DNA of 64,000 bases from the human T2T-CHM13v2.0 reference genome, Homo sapiens. Positions 38,897-55,787 of the stretch are shown piece by piece; positions within the stretch are counted from its first letter, which is position 1, and every line of letters begins with the position of its first letter. The DNA is taken from the NCBI RefSeq assembly GCF_009914755.1, contig NC_060928.1. One strand, written 5' to 3'. The notes beneath the pieces were generated by a model. It made no database searches. It worked only from the letters and a program-made list of their open reading frames with translations, and had not been told where the DNA came from. A program made the translations under genes and the position numbers.

Positions 38897-39182
38897 CTGT
38901 TAAAAGATGGAAATAAAAGACACCAGGAGTAAGAATAAAAACGATAGCAACATTTCTTCAGCTTAAAATAAGGGAGTTAGGTTATACCACGGCTAAACAA
39001 ATTTTTTAATAGTAGTAGAATACTTTTTTCAAATGAAATTTTATGCAGAATAAAGTAAACAAAGTAAAACATAAAAACAGAGCTGATTTGGCTAAGAGGG
39101 ATAGGGAGCTCAAACCTGGACTTCTTTGTCTCCCTTTACCCTCCCATACTTATCCCCAATAAAGCGGAGCTAAAACCATGGC

Positions 39183-39455
<273 letters not shown>

Positions 39456-40265
39456 CACCATAGCATTTTTGAAAGAGGGTATCAGGTCTGGAGAACTGTA
39501 TGTAGCAATACTGGAATCAGAGGTGCCAAGTATGCATGGGCGTGTATGTGCACATGTGTTTAATATGATCAGAATGTAATACCTAAGTAGACATTATTTG
39601 GCAATTCTATCACACTAAAAGTACTAAATTCAGTTTCTGATTAATACTAACCTAAATATTGGGTTTCTTTCCTTATTTAATGCCTCCTAATTTTATATTA
39701 TGGCCTCTCATTAGTATAGTTGGGGAAAGAGGTCATTAGGAATTTTTTTAAAAGTAAAAATGGCTTGGGCAAAAAGCAGCATCTTAATTTGTGCTCTAAC
39801 AGCTCTTAACAGTTACTGAGATCTGTATAGTGCTCAGCCACAAGGCTATTTCATTCATACTATACGTGACAGAAAAAGTCCAAAATTTAATTGCCAAATT
39901 CATGATTACTAGTAGAACCCAAAGACCAAAGTAACTCAAAAAAAAAAAAAAAAAAAAAAAAAAGAAAGCAACCCTGAAGCCTGAAATTTCCTACATTTTG
40001 AAAGAGGCCTGTTGGGAATTTATATCTTGCCTTCTAAAGGGGCTTTAATTTATATCACCATCATCAGAACAAGGTTTTGATGATACTGTTTTCTACTTCC
40101 TTTCCTTCCTTCCATGGATTAGAAGGTGCATGTTGAAATACACTTTAAATACATCACTCAGTAAGCTTCGCCTTTAAAAGGATCAGTGAAGTATAGTGTG
40201 TTCCAAGTGGCTACGTGGTTAACATAACATCTGTAGGCCATTGGATGGACATCTTTTTCTAGTAC

Positions 40266-40324
40266 CTTCTTCTTTTTGGGTACTCTGTTCAAAGCTGGAG
40301 GGTCATTCCAACCATTCTGAGGAC
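40266..40324 (-). CDS. SEC31A: SEC31A coding exon, 59 nt ((G)PQNGWNDPPALNRVPKKKK; core of the Sec23/Sar1 GAP-stimulating fragment)
   Basis: ttatag|GT ... AAG|GTACTA; conserved GWNDPP motif; phase 1-0. Confidence 0.96.
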
Positions 40325-41447
40325 CTATAACAGATAACAGAGAATGTTTTCCTTTAGAATCCTGAAAGGAAAAAAAATAAAACTGAATCGATCACCTAAT
40401 ACTTCAAAATTCTGCCTTAACCCTGAAATAACTGTCACAAAGGTTTTACCAGCCGAGTGTGGGGATCACTATGTAGCCCTGGATTCTCACACTCACATCT
40501 CTTAATAGGAACAAGGTCTTCACTTGGTAGGTAAGATATCTTGACACTGTTTCCATTTAAAGTAAAAGAGTGTGCTAAATTTAGGGTGGTGAAGTTTTTA
40601 TTTATACTGGTGTATGACTTTCAAAGATCAGTTTACTATTCTCTCCTAATAATGAAAATACAAAGTCTGCTAAAAAAACAAAAACAAACAAAAAAAAAAC
40701 ACACCAGGCTTCTGATATATTCAACATATAAAAAAAAAGAGAATAAAATTAGCAATCTCCTATTTGCCAAGAGGGCAATTCAACATGAGCAAATCATCTA
40801 TTCTAAACATGGTAGAAATATTCTTAAGAAAAAAGCAGACTCCAACTATGTAACACTAGTAATTTTTATCATCTTTGCCTCGGGAATTATAAGCAAAGTA
40901 AAAAAGGGTATTCAAATATCTGTGCTAAGATTTTTAATGCCGTAAAAAAAAATTTGCAGGCTGATAGCAAATATAAAATTAAAATATTACCAACTGTAGT
41001 AAATTTCCTCTAAAAAAAAACACATGCACACTAACAAATCAAAAAGCCCTGTTATTTCAAAGTGAAAAATGAACAACAGTAGCAGAACTTATTAAGTATT
41101 TTAATGCCAGTATCTTTAAAGAGGAAAGGAATACAACATGCTGGAAATAAGAATAATTTCTAAATCACAATTAATTCTTTCACATTTCACTAAGTGTGAG
41201 TTTTGATATTCTCTATAAGGAAGCAGATACTTGCTAAAGAAACTTTTGTGTATGTATATATGTAAAGACAAAAAAATTATTCCCTTTCCAATAAACGTTC
41301 TTTCAATATTTTAACTTGTACTTGTTTAACTGATATACATATTAAGTCACAAGAAAACTGTCAAACCAAAGTCACAGAAACTTTAAAAAATACAGATCTT
41401 CAACTAACCACCAGCGCTTACTTGTCTTGATTTTAAAACAGAATTCA

Positions 41448-41760
41448 GGCGAGGCGCAGTGGCTCATGCCTGTAATTCCAGCACTTTGGGCTGAGGCGGG
41501 TGGATCACTTGAGGTCAGGAGTTCGAGACCAGCCTGGCCAACATGGGGAAACCCCATCTCTACTAAAAATACAAAAATTAGCTGCTTGTGGTGGTGCATG
41601 CCTGTAGTCTCAGCTACCCAGGAGCTGAGGCAGGAGAATTGCTTGAACCTGGGAGGTGGAGGTTGCAGTGAACCAAGATTGTGTCACTGTACTTCAGCCT
41701 GGGTGACAGAACGAGACTCCGTCTCAAAAAAGTAAAAAATAAAAATAAAAAAATAAAAAC
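41448..41760 (+). mobile_element. Alu (S-type)
   Basis: TSD aaaacagaattca. Confidence 0.95.
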
Positions 41761-42202
41761 AGAATTCATTTCTTAAAAGTTTACTAGGAGACAGAAAATC
41801 AGATATGGCTCAAAACAGTCAAGAGTTAACCACAAAATATTAACTCATATGCTGCTTTCTGATTAACAAATTCTTAAACTTCTGGTTCTACATAGATTAA
41901 TCATTCAAATCTCTGCAATCACTTTCTAGTCTTACCCGTAGCTCAAGACAGTCTTGGCATAGTTGTTTTCTTTATGTCTATATAAAACAGACAGCCTTTA
42001 TAACCAAGCTACTTGTGTAATCACGTAAATTCAATCAGTTGTAAAATCTGATTCAATTAAGAAGCCAAATAAAAAAAATGATCCTGATCAGATTTGGGAT
42101 ATCATCATCTTTGAAGTTCACATGCATTATTGTTAATGTCCATTCATTAATTGTATTCAATTATTCAAAGATTTCCAAAGGTATATTTTACAACCAATTC
42201 AC

Positions 42203-42241
42203 CTTCCAACATAGGTGCCTGGTCTTGGATAGACTGGTTTT
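42203..42241 (-). CDS. SEC31A: SEC31A alternative cassette exon, 39 nt ((E)NQSIQDQAPMLE(G))
   Basis: ttttgtctacag|AA ... GAAG|GTGAAT; phase 1-1 and frame-preserving; peptide recognised from SEC31A isoforms. Confidence 0.88.
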
Positions 42242-42689
42242 CTGTAGACAAAATGTAAAAATTACTTAACAGTGTTTACTGAAGACATTCTAAACTTTAC
42301 TCATTTTATAATTGTTTCTTCTCCCTTCATTAATCCCCAGAAAGTGTAAATTAATTTAATAAGAGAACAAAACTCACTTTTTAATCAAGTCATGTGAAAT
42401 GTCTTCTAATTAAGAAAGTAACTGGTTTTTTGACAGAGGGAATTTATTTAAGTTGTTAGATCCAATTAACTCTTAAACATCACTTTTTTCTTACTGTTCT
42501 TTTTTAAGAGAAAATTTTATCCCTTCATATTTAAAATAACAATGTTTCCCTAATTGTTTGCATGGATTGTTTTTCTACTATTTAACTAATGAAGCTCAGA
42601 AATATCACTGAGGGGACAGCACTTCCTAGCATATTCACCTAATGTGTCTATTTTGGTATTGTTCAAAGCTGTGAATCCAAATCAGCTAT

Positions 42690-42815
42690 GGATCTTGTTA
42701 AACCGCAGATTCTTATTCATTAGGTATAGTGATAGAACCTTAGATACTGTCTTTGCAGCCATCTCCCAGATGATACGAATGCTGCTGGTCCAACACCCTC
42801 TTGAAGTAGCAGGGA
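42690..42815. mobile_element. Degenerate MER5A-like fragment
   Basis: gcagattcttattcattagg...ctcccagatgat...atgctgctggtcc...gtagcaggg. Confidence 0.6.
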
Positions 42816-43055
42816 ACTGGAGAAATGGGGTGATTTCTACATGTCCTACAGACTTCAACCTGCATTTGATAAGGATAAACGTGCCTATCTTAGCACAGTG
42901 GTATCATTTTTCACTGCTGGATTTAGGAGGCCCCAGTGGTCTGTACCCTGCAGAAACTGTAATTTCTGGGGTCATACTGTGCATATAAATGAGAATAGGC
43001 CCAGCAAATAATGTAACCACCTCATATGGTCTTTTCTGTAAGAATATACAGATTT

Positions 43056-44813
43056 ATGAGTGAACTCCCATTCACAATTGCTACTAAGAGAATAAAATAC
43101 CTAGGAATACAACTTACAAGGGATGTGAAGAACCTCTTCAAGGAGAAACTACAAACCACTGCTCAAGAAATTAAGAGAGGACACAAATGGAAAAACATTC
43201 CATGCTCATGGATAGGAAGAATCAGTATCGTGAAAATGGCCTTACTGCCCAAAGTAATTTATAGATTCAATGCTATCCCCATCAAGCTACCACTGACTTT
43301 CTTATAGAATTGGAAAAAACTACTTCAAACTTCATATGGAACCAAAAAAGAGCCCACATAGCCAAGACAATCCTGGGCAAGAAGAACAAAGCTGGAGGCA
43401 TCATGCTACTTGATTTCAAACATTACTACAAGGCTACAGTAACCAAAACAGCAAGGTACTGGTACCAAAACAGATATACAGACCAATGGAACAGAACGGA
43501 GGCCTCAGAAATACCACCACACATCTACCAGCATCTGATATTTGACAAACCTGACACACACAAGCAATGGGGAAAAGATTCCCTATTTAATAAATGGTGT
43601 TGGGGAAAACTGGCTAGCCATATGCAGAAAACTGAAACTGGACCCCTTCCTTACACCCTATATAAAAATCAACTCAAGGTGGATCAAAGACTTAAATGTA
43701 AGACCTAGGACCATAAAAATCCTAGAAGAAAACCTGGGCAATACCACTCAGGACATAGACATAGGCAAAGACTTCATGTCTAAAACAGCAAAAGCAATGG
43801 CAACAAAAGCCAAAATTGACAAATGGGATCTAATTAAAGAGCTTCTGCACAGCAAAAGAAACTATCATCAGAGTGAAAAGGCAACCTACAGAATGGGAGA
43901 AAATTTTTGCAATCTATCCATCTGACAAAGGACTAATATCCAGAATCTACAAAGAACTTAAACATATTTACAAGAAAAAAGCAAACAACCCCATCAAAAA
44001 ATGGGCAAATGATATGAACAGACACTTCTCAAAAGAAGACATTTATACAGCCAGCAGACATATGAAAAAATGCTCATCATCACTGGTCATTGGAGAAATG
44101 CAAATCAAAACCACAGTGAGATACTATCTCACGCCAGTTACAATGGCGATCATTAAAAAGTCAGGAAACAACAGATGCTGGAGAGGGTGTGGAAAAATAG
44201 GAACGCTTTTACACTGTTGGTGGGAGTGTAAATTAGTTCAACCATTGTGGAAGACAGTGTGGCGATTCCTCAAGGATCTAGAACTAGGAATACCATTTGA
44301 CCCAGCCATCCCATTACTGGGTATATATCCAAAAGATTATAAATCATTCTACGATAAAGACACATGCACACGTGTGTTTACTTTGGCACTATTCACAATA
44401 GCAAAGACTTGGAACCAACCCAAATGTCCATCAATGATAGACTGGATTAAGAAAATGTGGCACATATACACCATGGAATACTATGCAGCCATAAAAAAGG
44501 ATGAGTTCATGTACTTTGCAGGGACATGGATGAAGCTGGAAACCGTCATTCTCAGCAAACTATCACAAGATCAGAAAACCAAACACCACATGTTCTCACT
44601 CATAAATGGGAATTGAAGAATGAGAACACATGGACACAGGGAGGGGAACATCACACACTGGGGCCTGTGGGGGGCTAGGGGAGGGATAACATTAGGATAA
44701 ATACCTAATGTAGGTGACGGGTTGATGGGTGCAGCAAACCACCATGGCACATGTATACCCATGTAACAAAACTGCATGTAACCCAAAAGTTAAATTATAA
44801 AAAAAAAAAAAAA
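43056..44813 (+). mobile_element. L1PA (about PA7/8), 5'-truncated, 1.75 kb, antisense to SEC31A
   Basis: Frameshifted ORF2 C-terminus including [18 protein letters not shown] zinc knuckle, 3'UTR and A-tail; TSD atacagattt at 43046-43055 and 44814-44823. Confidence 0.95.
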
Positions 44814-46083
44814 ATACAGATTTGCAGACTGAGCACAAGTCACCCAGAAATCACTACTTCTTATAGGAAACCAAAGTTTATAGCAGTGGACAAGAGAAAA
44901 ACAGGCTGAAAACATAGCAATCCCAATTGTCAAATACTTAGGGTCAGGACAGGCCTAGCCTCAAATCAAGGGTATGGAATGTCAGTATGTCAGACATACA
45001 ACTCACGTGGATTCAGCTATCATTAATTGATGAGGGAGGGAGGAAAGGAGAAATTAAAATTGTTATTTCATTCTGCAATTAAATAGGCAGTAAAAGAATA
45101 GAAAAAATACAGTGAGTTCAATTTAGTTTGGACTCTACTCAAGAAGCACATGTCCCAGGGAAACTGTGAGGCGGGAGAGGTAATCCCACAGTTTGAAATC
45201 TCATTGTGTAGAGTGCAATTCTAATGTTTACTGACAGATGTTTTTCATACAAGATATAAATGCAAGCCAACTTTTTCATCTGGGGTTTACCTGTAAAAAG
45301 GATCAAGGATAATTGACTGTAAGTGATTTTCTATTTTTATCTTACATGATGACTTTACAACCTAGCTCTCCATGTGAGATATGACTTCATAACACTATAG
45401 TTTATAAATGCCCGGTGAGTCACTGTGTGTGCATTCCAATAGAGGACTGACCTGATTCCCAACTACTAATGCACTCTCTAGCACCAGGCTTCAGCTTCTG
45501 GCTGAGAGAGGTAATATAATACAAACCTGAAAGTATTGGAAATACAGTGGGCTTGACCCTTTAGTCAGGTCAAAACAACATGTCCTCTTCCCCTTCCTCA
45601 TGAGAAGAAAGTGCAGAAGATGAGGACGGCTTTTAAGCTGTGGGTGTTAAAGCCTGGGAGGGTATCCAGACTTCACCAACTATTAGCAGCACAAAAAAGT
45701 CTATGGAACTATTTTCTTATGTCCCCTTGGTAAAATGACACCAAATCATAATAAAATCAAATTCTAAATTAGGGGTAAAACTGAATAGAATCAGAACCAA
45801 CAAGCCTCTCAGGAGGAAGGTCCGTTGGCTAGCCTGAATAAGTTAAAGGAGGGTGGGGAAGGTCTGCTGAATAGAAGGCAATATTTTATAATTAAGTACC
45901 CCTCTCCCAAAACATATGCCTAACTCCTCCTAACCTCAAACCATGCAATATATCAAGCCATGTGTTTTAGCAGAACCCCAACAGTCCTTTTATTAATTTA
46001 ATGTACAATTTTGTCTCAATTATAATTCTAACCCCTTTCAATCCTTTTTGCTTTTATAGATTTAGATTTAGTGACTTTTTTAA

Positions 46084-47103
<1,020 letters not shown>

Positions 47104-47129
47104 TTATGATCCTAATTCTTTAAAAATGC

Positions 47130-48480
<1,351 letters not shown>

Positions 48481-48674
48481 AAACTTTAATGCAAGTTTTT
48501 ATGTATGCATGTATGTATGTGTATGTCTGTATGAAGGGAATAAATAAACCTAAATTAATAGTAGTTATATTTGGGCAGTAGAATTATAGGTAATTTTTAT
48601 TTTATTTTTTATATGACTTTGAGTCTTTTAAAAACTTCCTACAGTGAAAAATTAATAAAAAGCAAGGAAGTTTT

Positions 48675-48905
48675 TTTTGTTGTTTTGAGACAGGGTCTCA
48701 CTGCCGCCTAGGTGCGATCACAGCTCACAACCTCTGTCTCCCGGGTTCAAGCAATTCTCCCATCTCAGCCTCCCAAGTAGCTGGGAATATAGGCATGTGC
48801 TTCCACACCTGGCTAATTTTTTGTATTTTTTATAGACATGGGCTCTTGCCATGTTGCCTAGGCTGGTCTCGAACTCCAGGGCTCATGCACTCTGCTGTGC
48901 CCGCC
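48675..48905 (-). mobile_element. Degenerate Alu
   Basis: Reverse Alu with deletions. Confidence 0.85.
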
Positions 48906-50249
48906 CCAAGAAACATTCATTTAAAAAATAAATATAGCATGTCACTGAATACTATGGAGTCCTATCCACCTTAGCGTAGAGATTTATCTTCCAGAGAATC
49001 ACTGGGGGAAGGAAGAGGGAACTGCTGGTCTCACATGCATGGGTGGAGTTGCACAGCATCCTTACCCAATCCCACTTCTCACTGGAAACCTTCTTAGGTA
49101 CTCTTATAGGAGCATAATGGTAGAATCTATGCACTGGCTAAGATACTTTTCAGTGGACTCAGGGAAAATGTTAGTGCCAAAAGCATAGAGAATTGTGGCT
49201 AGAACATTAATTTGAAATAGAGAATAGAGCATCTTTGTCAACCATACATCTTTCCTTTCCCTATAAGCCTAGCATGTCACAGGTTTAAAATGAGTATCAC
49301 AAAATTAAAAATGAAAATTTAGAAAGACATGAATCCTTGAAGTCATTTTCTAATGATACAAGATAGAATTATCCAAAGAAAAGTAAGGAAGGATATCATG
49401 CTTTCCTTTACTTGAATAGTTAAAACCAGGTGCTACAATTTGCCTAAGGAATGTTCATGAAAATTTTTTTAAATTTCAGAACACTGTTTCATGAGAATAT
49501 ACAGTATTATTCCCCTTCAAGACTCTTCTTTGTGAAGTACAAGATTATATACATAAATTAAATTAGTCTTCATATTTGAAAGTGCTCTCCCTCCTAGAAA
49601 CAGAAACAAAAGTGACAGGCAGTTATCCTAGATAGTAAAACAGGGAAAACTCCCTGCTATCCTGTGCTGCCATCACAGAAACGGCAATGCACTATCCCAA
49701 CTCAGGCTGTTACCATCTCCTACCTAGAACTAGGAAAGAGCCTGTTTTCTTACCTCTGATTCTGCTGTGCTGCAAACAATTTATCTTGCAAGGCCACATC
49801 CAGATTAATCTCCCTCGAGTACCACTTTGACTGCACCACTCAGCAGTTCAAAATCCTTCATGAGAAACTTCTTTCTTATTGTATTATATGAAGTAAAACT
49901 CCTTGCCCTGGTACTTAAGGCTCTCCAAAATTTGGCCTAAATACAAACTATATGTTCAATTTGCTCTTCACTAGAAATGTATGGTCTTTTCTGCCTCCAT
50001 TATCTCTGTCTGGGATAATTCTGATTGTAGACCAAACAGGTATCCATTGAGAATTTACCGAATGAATGTTTTACAGATTGCAACATTAGTTTCTCTGAGC
50101 CCTGAGCACATAATTTTGTTGTTCACTAATAGAAGGCTTGAAAGTCTCTCCTATCTGTCAGAAATTAACTATTGAACAGCTGGACTTTCTAAATCCTAAA
50201 CAAAATTGTTATCTAAGACATATCGGAACGACAAAATTTTTGTTTATAA

Positions 50250-50858
<609 letters not shown>

Positions 50859-51818
50859 TAATTATTTAAATAACCTAAGCAAAAACTTTTAGGAAATCCA
50901 AAAAGAAAATAAGATAAAGTTGTCAGTAGATTAAAATACAGCAGACTACTATAAGATACAGTTGTCAGTAGATTAAAATATAGCACACTACTAACGTGCG
51001 AGAGGTAACAAAGCAGACAAGCATACTGCATGCTGAACACTGAAAAGTGTTGTCTGGCTTCCTCTTCCTATTAGTCACTCTGTTTCTCAGCCAGGTTAAA
51101 ACATTCTGTTACTTTGTATATAAACAAAGACTAATCTCAAGGCCACAGGCACTTCTGCTTAAGGAGAAAAAGAATATCTATGCAAACATTTAATTTAGAT
51201 TATAAAGTAACAAATGCCTCAAACAGTGTTGCTGGATGATTTTTGAAATTGCAATGATGATAGTTTTCTATCATTTACACCAGGACTAAACTACCTGGTA
51301 TAGAAGAATGAACATGGGCTTTGAAGATAGGGACCTGGTTTATATCTCAACTTGGAGACTATCACTGTGCAATCCTGAAACATAACTCCTAAGAAACTCA
51401 GTTTTTTCATCTGTAATTTTTAAAGAAATAATTATTACTACTTCTCAAGGTTGTAAGACTTAAATAAGAAAACATATAACAAGTGCCAGAACATGTCCAA
51501 TATGAGCTCAATAAATGTTAATTCCCTTCCCTACTTCCCTGCACCACTTTTTAAGTGGGGATTTACTCCAACCCACGCCACCTCTTTCACTCAAGAATTC
51601 TGATTCTTACCCAACTACCGAGAAAGGATACTATCTTCAGTCACCCAAGTTTTAAAAGGTAATTTTTGGAACTCTACAAATGAATTAGCATTCCTCTCTA
51701 AAATATCAAACTATTGATGTATCTGTAGTGTATTACTGGAATCTTATTTGTGTAGTTAAGGATTATGCATACAGTGTGTATGTGTGTAAGTTTTGGTACT
51801 CTGGACTTTAATATTATA

Positions 51819-52405
51819 CAGTCATGTGTCACTTAATAATGGGTATGCGTTCTGAGAAATACATCATTAAATGATTTCATCGTCGTGTGAACATCACAGA
51901 GTGCACTTACACAAACCCAGATGGTATAGCCCACCACACACCTAGGCTGTATAATATAGCCTATTACTCCTAGGGTACAAACCTGTACATCATGTTACTG
52001 TACTGAACACAATACTGTAGGCAACTGTAACACCATGGTATTTGTGTTCTAAACATAGAAAAGGTACAGTAAAATATGGTACAAAAGATTTAAAACATGG
52101 TATACCTGTATAGGGCACTCACCACAAATGAACCTTAGAGGACTGGAAGATGCTCTGGGTGAGTTGTGAGTGAAGGTAAAGGCCTAGGACATTACTATAC
52201 ACTACTGTTGATTTTATAAACACTACATTTAGGCTACACTAAATTTATTTAAAATTATTTTATTAACCTTAGCTTGCTGTAACTTTTTTACTTTATAAAC
52301 TTTTAAATATTTTAATTTTGACTCTTTTGTAATAACACTTAGCTTAAAACATAAATATTGTATAGCTGTACAAAAATATACTTTTTCTATTTTTAAAATT
52401 TATTT
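51819..52405 (+). mobile_element. Tigger3-family DNA transposon (left part)
   Basis: TA then TIR cagtcatgtgtcacttaat...gcgttctgagaaat; typical internal sequence; cut off by an Alu cluster. Confidence 0.85.
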
Positions 52406-52406
52406 A

Positions 52407-53299
<893 letters not shown>

Positions 53300-53419
53300 T
53301 CAGTCAACACCTCACATTACCCAGTTTACAAACAGTTAGAAATAATACCCCTCCATCCACCCATCTGTTCATAAACAAATAAAGGAGGGGGCCAAACCAA
53401 ATCCCTTTCAAGCGCAGAC

Positions 53420-53761
53420 CTGTTCTTTGGGACGCAGGCAGCTCACTGGCAGCAGGCAGTGTACCTGTTGTTCCAGGAGGCAGTGCATAAGCTGAAGATG
53501 ATGGTGGAGCTCCTGGTCCGCCATGCTGGAAGGATGCTCCAGAGGAAGGGGGAGGAGGGAAAGAAGTAGCAGGGCTGGAGGTAGGTGAAGAGGCCTGGTG
53601 CTGTGCTGCGTACAGCTGAGACTGCCCAGTATAGGAAGAAGCAGAAGATATGTAAGGGGTGTTAGGGTAAGCGTTTGAAGTAGGAGGAGCAACAGGCTGC
53701 TGAGGTCGATACATTGCTGACCCCCCTGTTCCGAAGGGATACGGCTGGGCTGGTTGATAAG
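53420..53761 (-). CDS. SEC31A: SEC31A coding exon, 342 nt ((P)YQPAQPYPFGTGG...ELPASQRT(G)); alternative donor gives a 297-nt form ending at 53465
   Basis: gtgtag|CT ... ACAG|GTCTGC; internal ACAG|GTACAC; phase 1-1; proline-rich. Confidence 0.95.
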
Positions 53762-54398
53762 CTACACCAAGGAGAAGAAACAGAAATTTCAATTAGTTAC
53801 AAGTTTATTCAGATAGTAGCAGAAAACTAAAAAGTTATCTCAGTCTATAGAAATGATTTTAATCAAAATAAGTTACAATCCCAAATTAAAAATTTACACC
53901 ATTATATTTTTGAGGCTCAAATGCCCCAAATACACCTGAATTCAATAGCTTCAGTATTTGAAAAATGCCATCCCCAAACTGCCGCTGGTTATGAAAATAT
54001 TTGAATCATCAGACCCAAGAACTGCAAGACTGACCCTTTTCTGAGACTTTTCCTGATCCTGTGAAGAGACAACAGTGACCACCAGATGGAACCAGGGAGG
54101 AATTACACATTCAAAGCACCCCACTTCACAGAAAAAGTTACATGGAGTTTGGTGGCAGCTCCAGACCTCCCTCCCAATAAGAACTGTAGGGTGAACACTA
54201 TTGTTATGTATCAAATATCTTCTCCAACATCCAGTTAAATTACCAGCTACTGAAATTCTGAGTTTGAGCACAGTTCCAGATTAACGGCTAACTCTATGAT
54301 CCCTAACAAAATTTTACATACAGTATGAAGATGGTTAGTAAACAATCAGGCAAGGCAGCCAACTCATGTTTTAATGCAAAGACCTAAACCCAGATTAG

Positions 54399-54717
<319 letters not shown>

Positions 54718-55034
54718 TTAGGGAGATCTAAATATAAATACCATCACATTCACATTCTTTGTGACCAAGAGTAGGTATGAACCTCGATAGAGTGAATCTA
54801 GTAAAAGTGGATCTGTTTCCTATCTACTCTGAAGACAGCTTTCACATTAAACATTTGAGTGAAAGGTTGTATCAAATTCATATTTATGTTGAACAATAAC
54901 ATTCATTTTAGCACAGAACACATTCATTAAATTTTCCCCTTTGAGATTTTTATTTTTTTTTTGCATTTAAATTTTCAAATAGTGGCAATATTTCACTTTC
55001 CAGGTATAATTATTTTCTTTTAAAAATGCCACTA

Positions 55035-55265
55035 ATAGATACATGTCATTACACATTTGTTAAAATCCACAGAATGTACAACACTGAGAGTGTAAACTGT
55101 GGACTTTGGGTGATAATGAGACATTGATGTAGGTTCATCGATTGTAACAAATACACCACTGTGGCGTAGGATGTAAATAGTGGGGGCACTCTGTACTTTC
55201 TGCTCAATTTTGTTCTGAACCTAAGACTGCTCTAAAATACAAAGTCTATTAAATAAATAAATAAA
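55035..55265 (+). mobile_element. L1MC-like 3' end
   Basis: ggactttgggtgataatg...gtaacaaatacaccact...ctgtactttctgctcaatttt...aaagtctattaaa. Confidence 0.75.
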
Positions 55266-55663
55266 ATGGAAAAACAGTAATAACAAATGCCCCTTGAAAC
55301 CATTTTTCCAAAAATAATTTGTGTCATCTTGCCTGAAGAAAAAGAATATGTAAAAAATAATTTCTAAAATTCTGTTTCTTTATACCAAAATCACGGGACA
55401 CTTGATTATCTTTAACAAGTCTTAGTAATGGCTGAGGAACAGGAGTCAACTACTCTGAACAGTGTGACAAAGGAGCTACTTCCTAGCATAGTGATTCAGG
55501 CCACCTCCTAAAAAAACATGTCTCTTTGTAGCAGGGACTCAGGAATCCTATGCACAATGGTTCTTACTTATTGATTTGACAATGACTTTGGGGCTTCAAA
55601 GTAAAGTTACTAAATTAGATCATAAATACTGCTCTGAAAGGACTTTGGGGTCACACTACTTAC

Positions 55664-55787
55664 GCTGTGGCTGTGGATAAGGTGGTACCTGGGTGTGCAT
55701 ATGACCTGGAGATGTGGGAAGCTGACCAGCAGCATTTGGATTAACATTTCCATGCATTATGAAACCCGGAGGTGGAGGATTTTCTCC
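55664..55787 (-). CDS. SEC31A: SEC31A coding exon, 124 nt (GENPPPPGFIMHGN...PYPQPQ; ALG-2/PDCD6-binding site)
   Basis: ttcttag|GGA ... CAGC|GTAAGT; PXPGF ALG-2-binding motif; phase 0-1. Confidence 0.96.

Noticed and set aside
40286-42671. 12-nt identity tgttcaaagctg between the 59-nt exon and the 30-nt candidate exon
   Set aside because: Too short to infer exon duplication; flanks do not align
42644-42988. 114-aa + strand ORF, possible processed pseudogene split by L1
   Set aside because: Part of it is a MER5A remnant; the frames I translated resemble no protein I recognise
43026-44616. Four ORFs with L1 ORF2 similarity, suggesting an active retroelement
   Set aside because: 5'-truncated and frameshifted L1PA lacking promoter, ORF1, endonuclease and most of the RT domain
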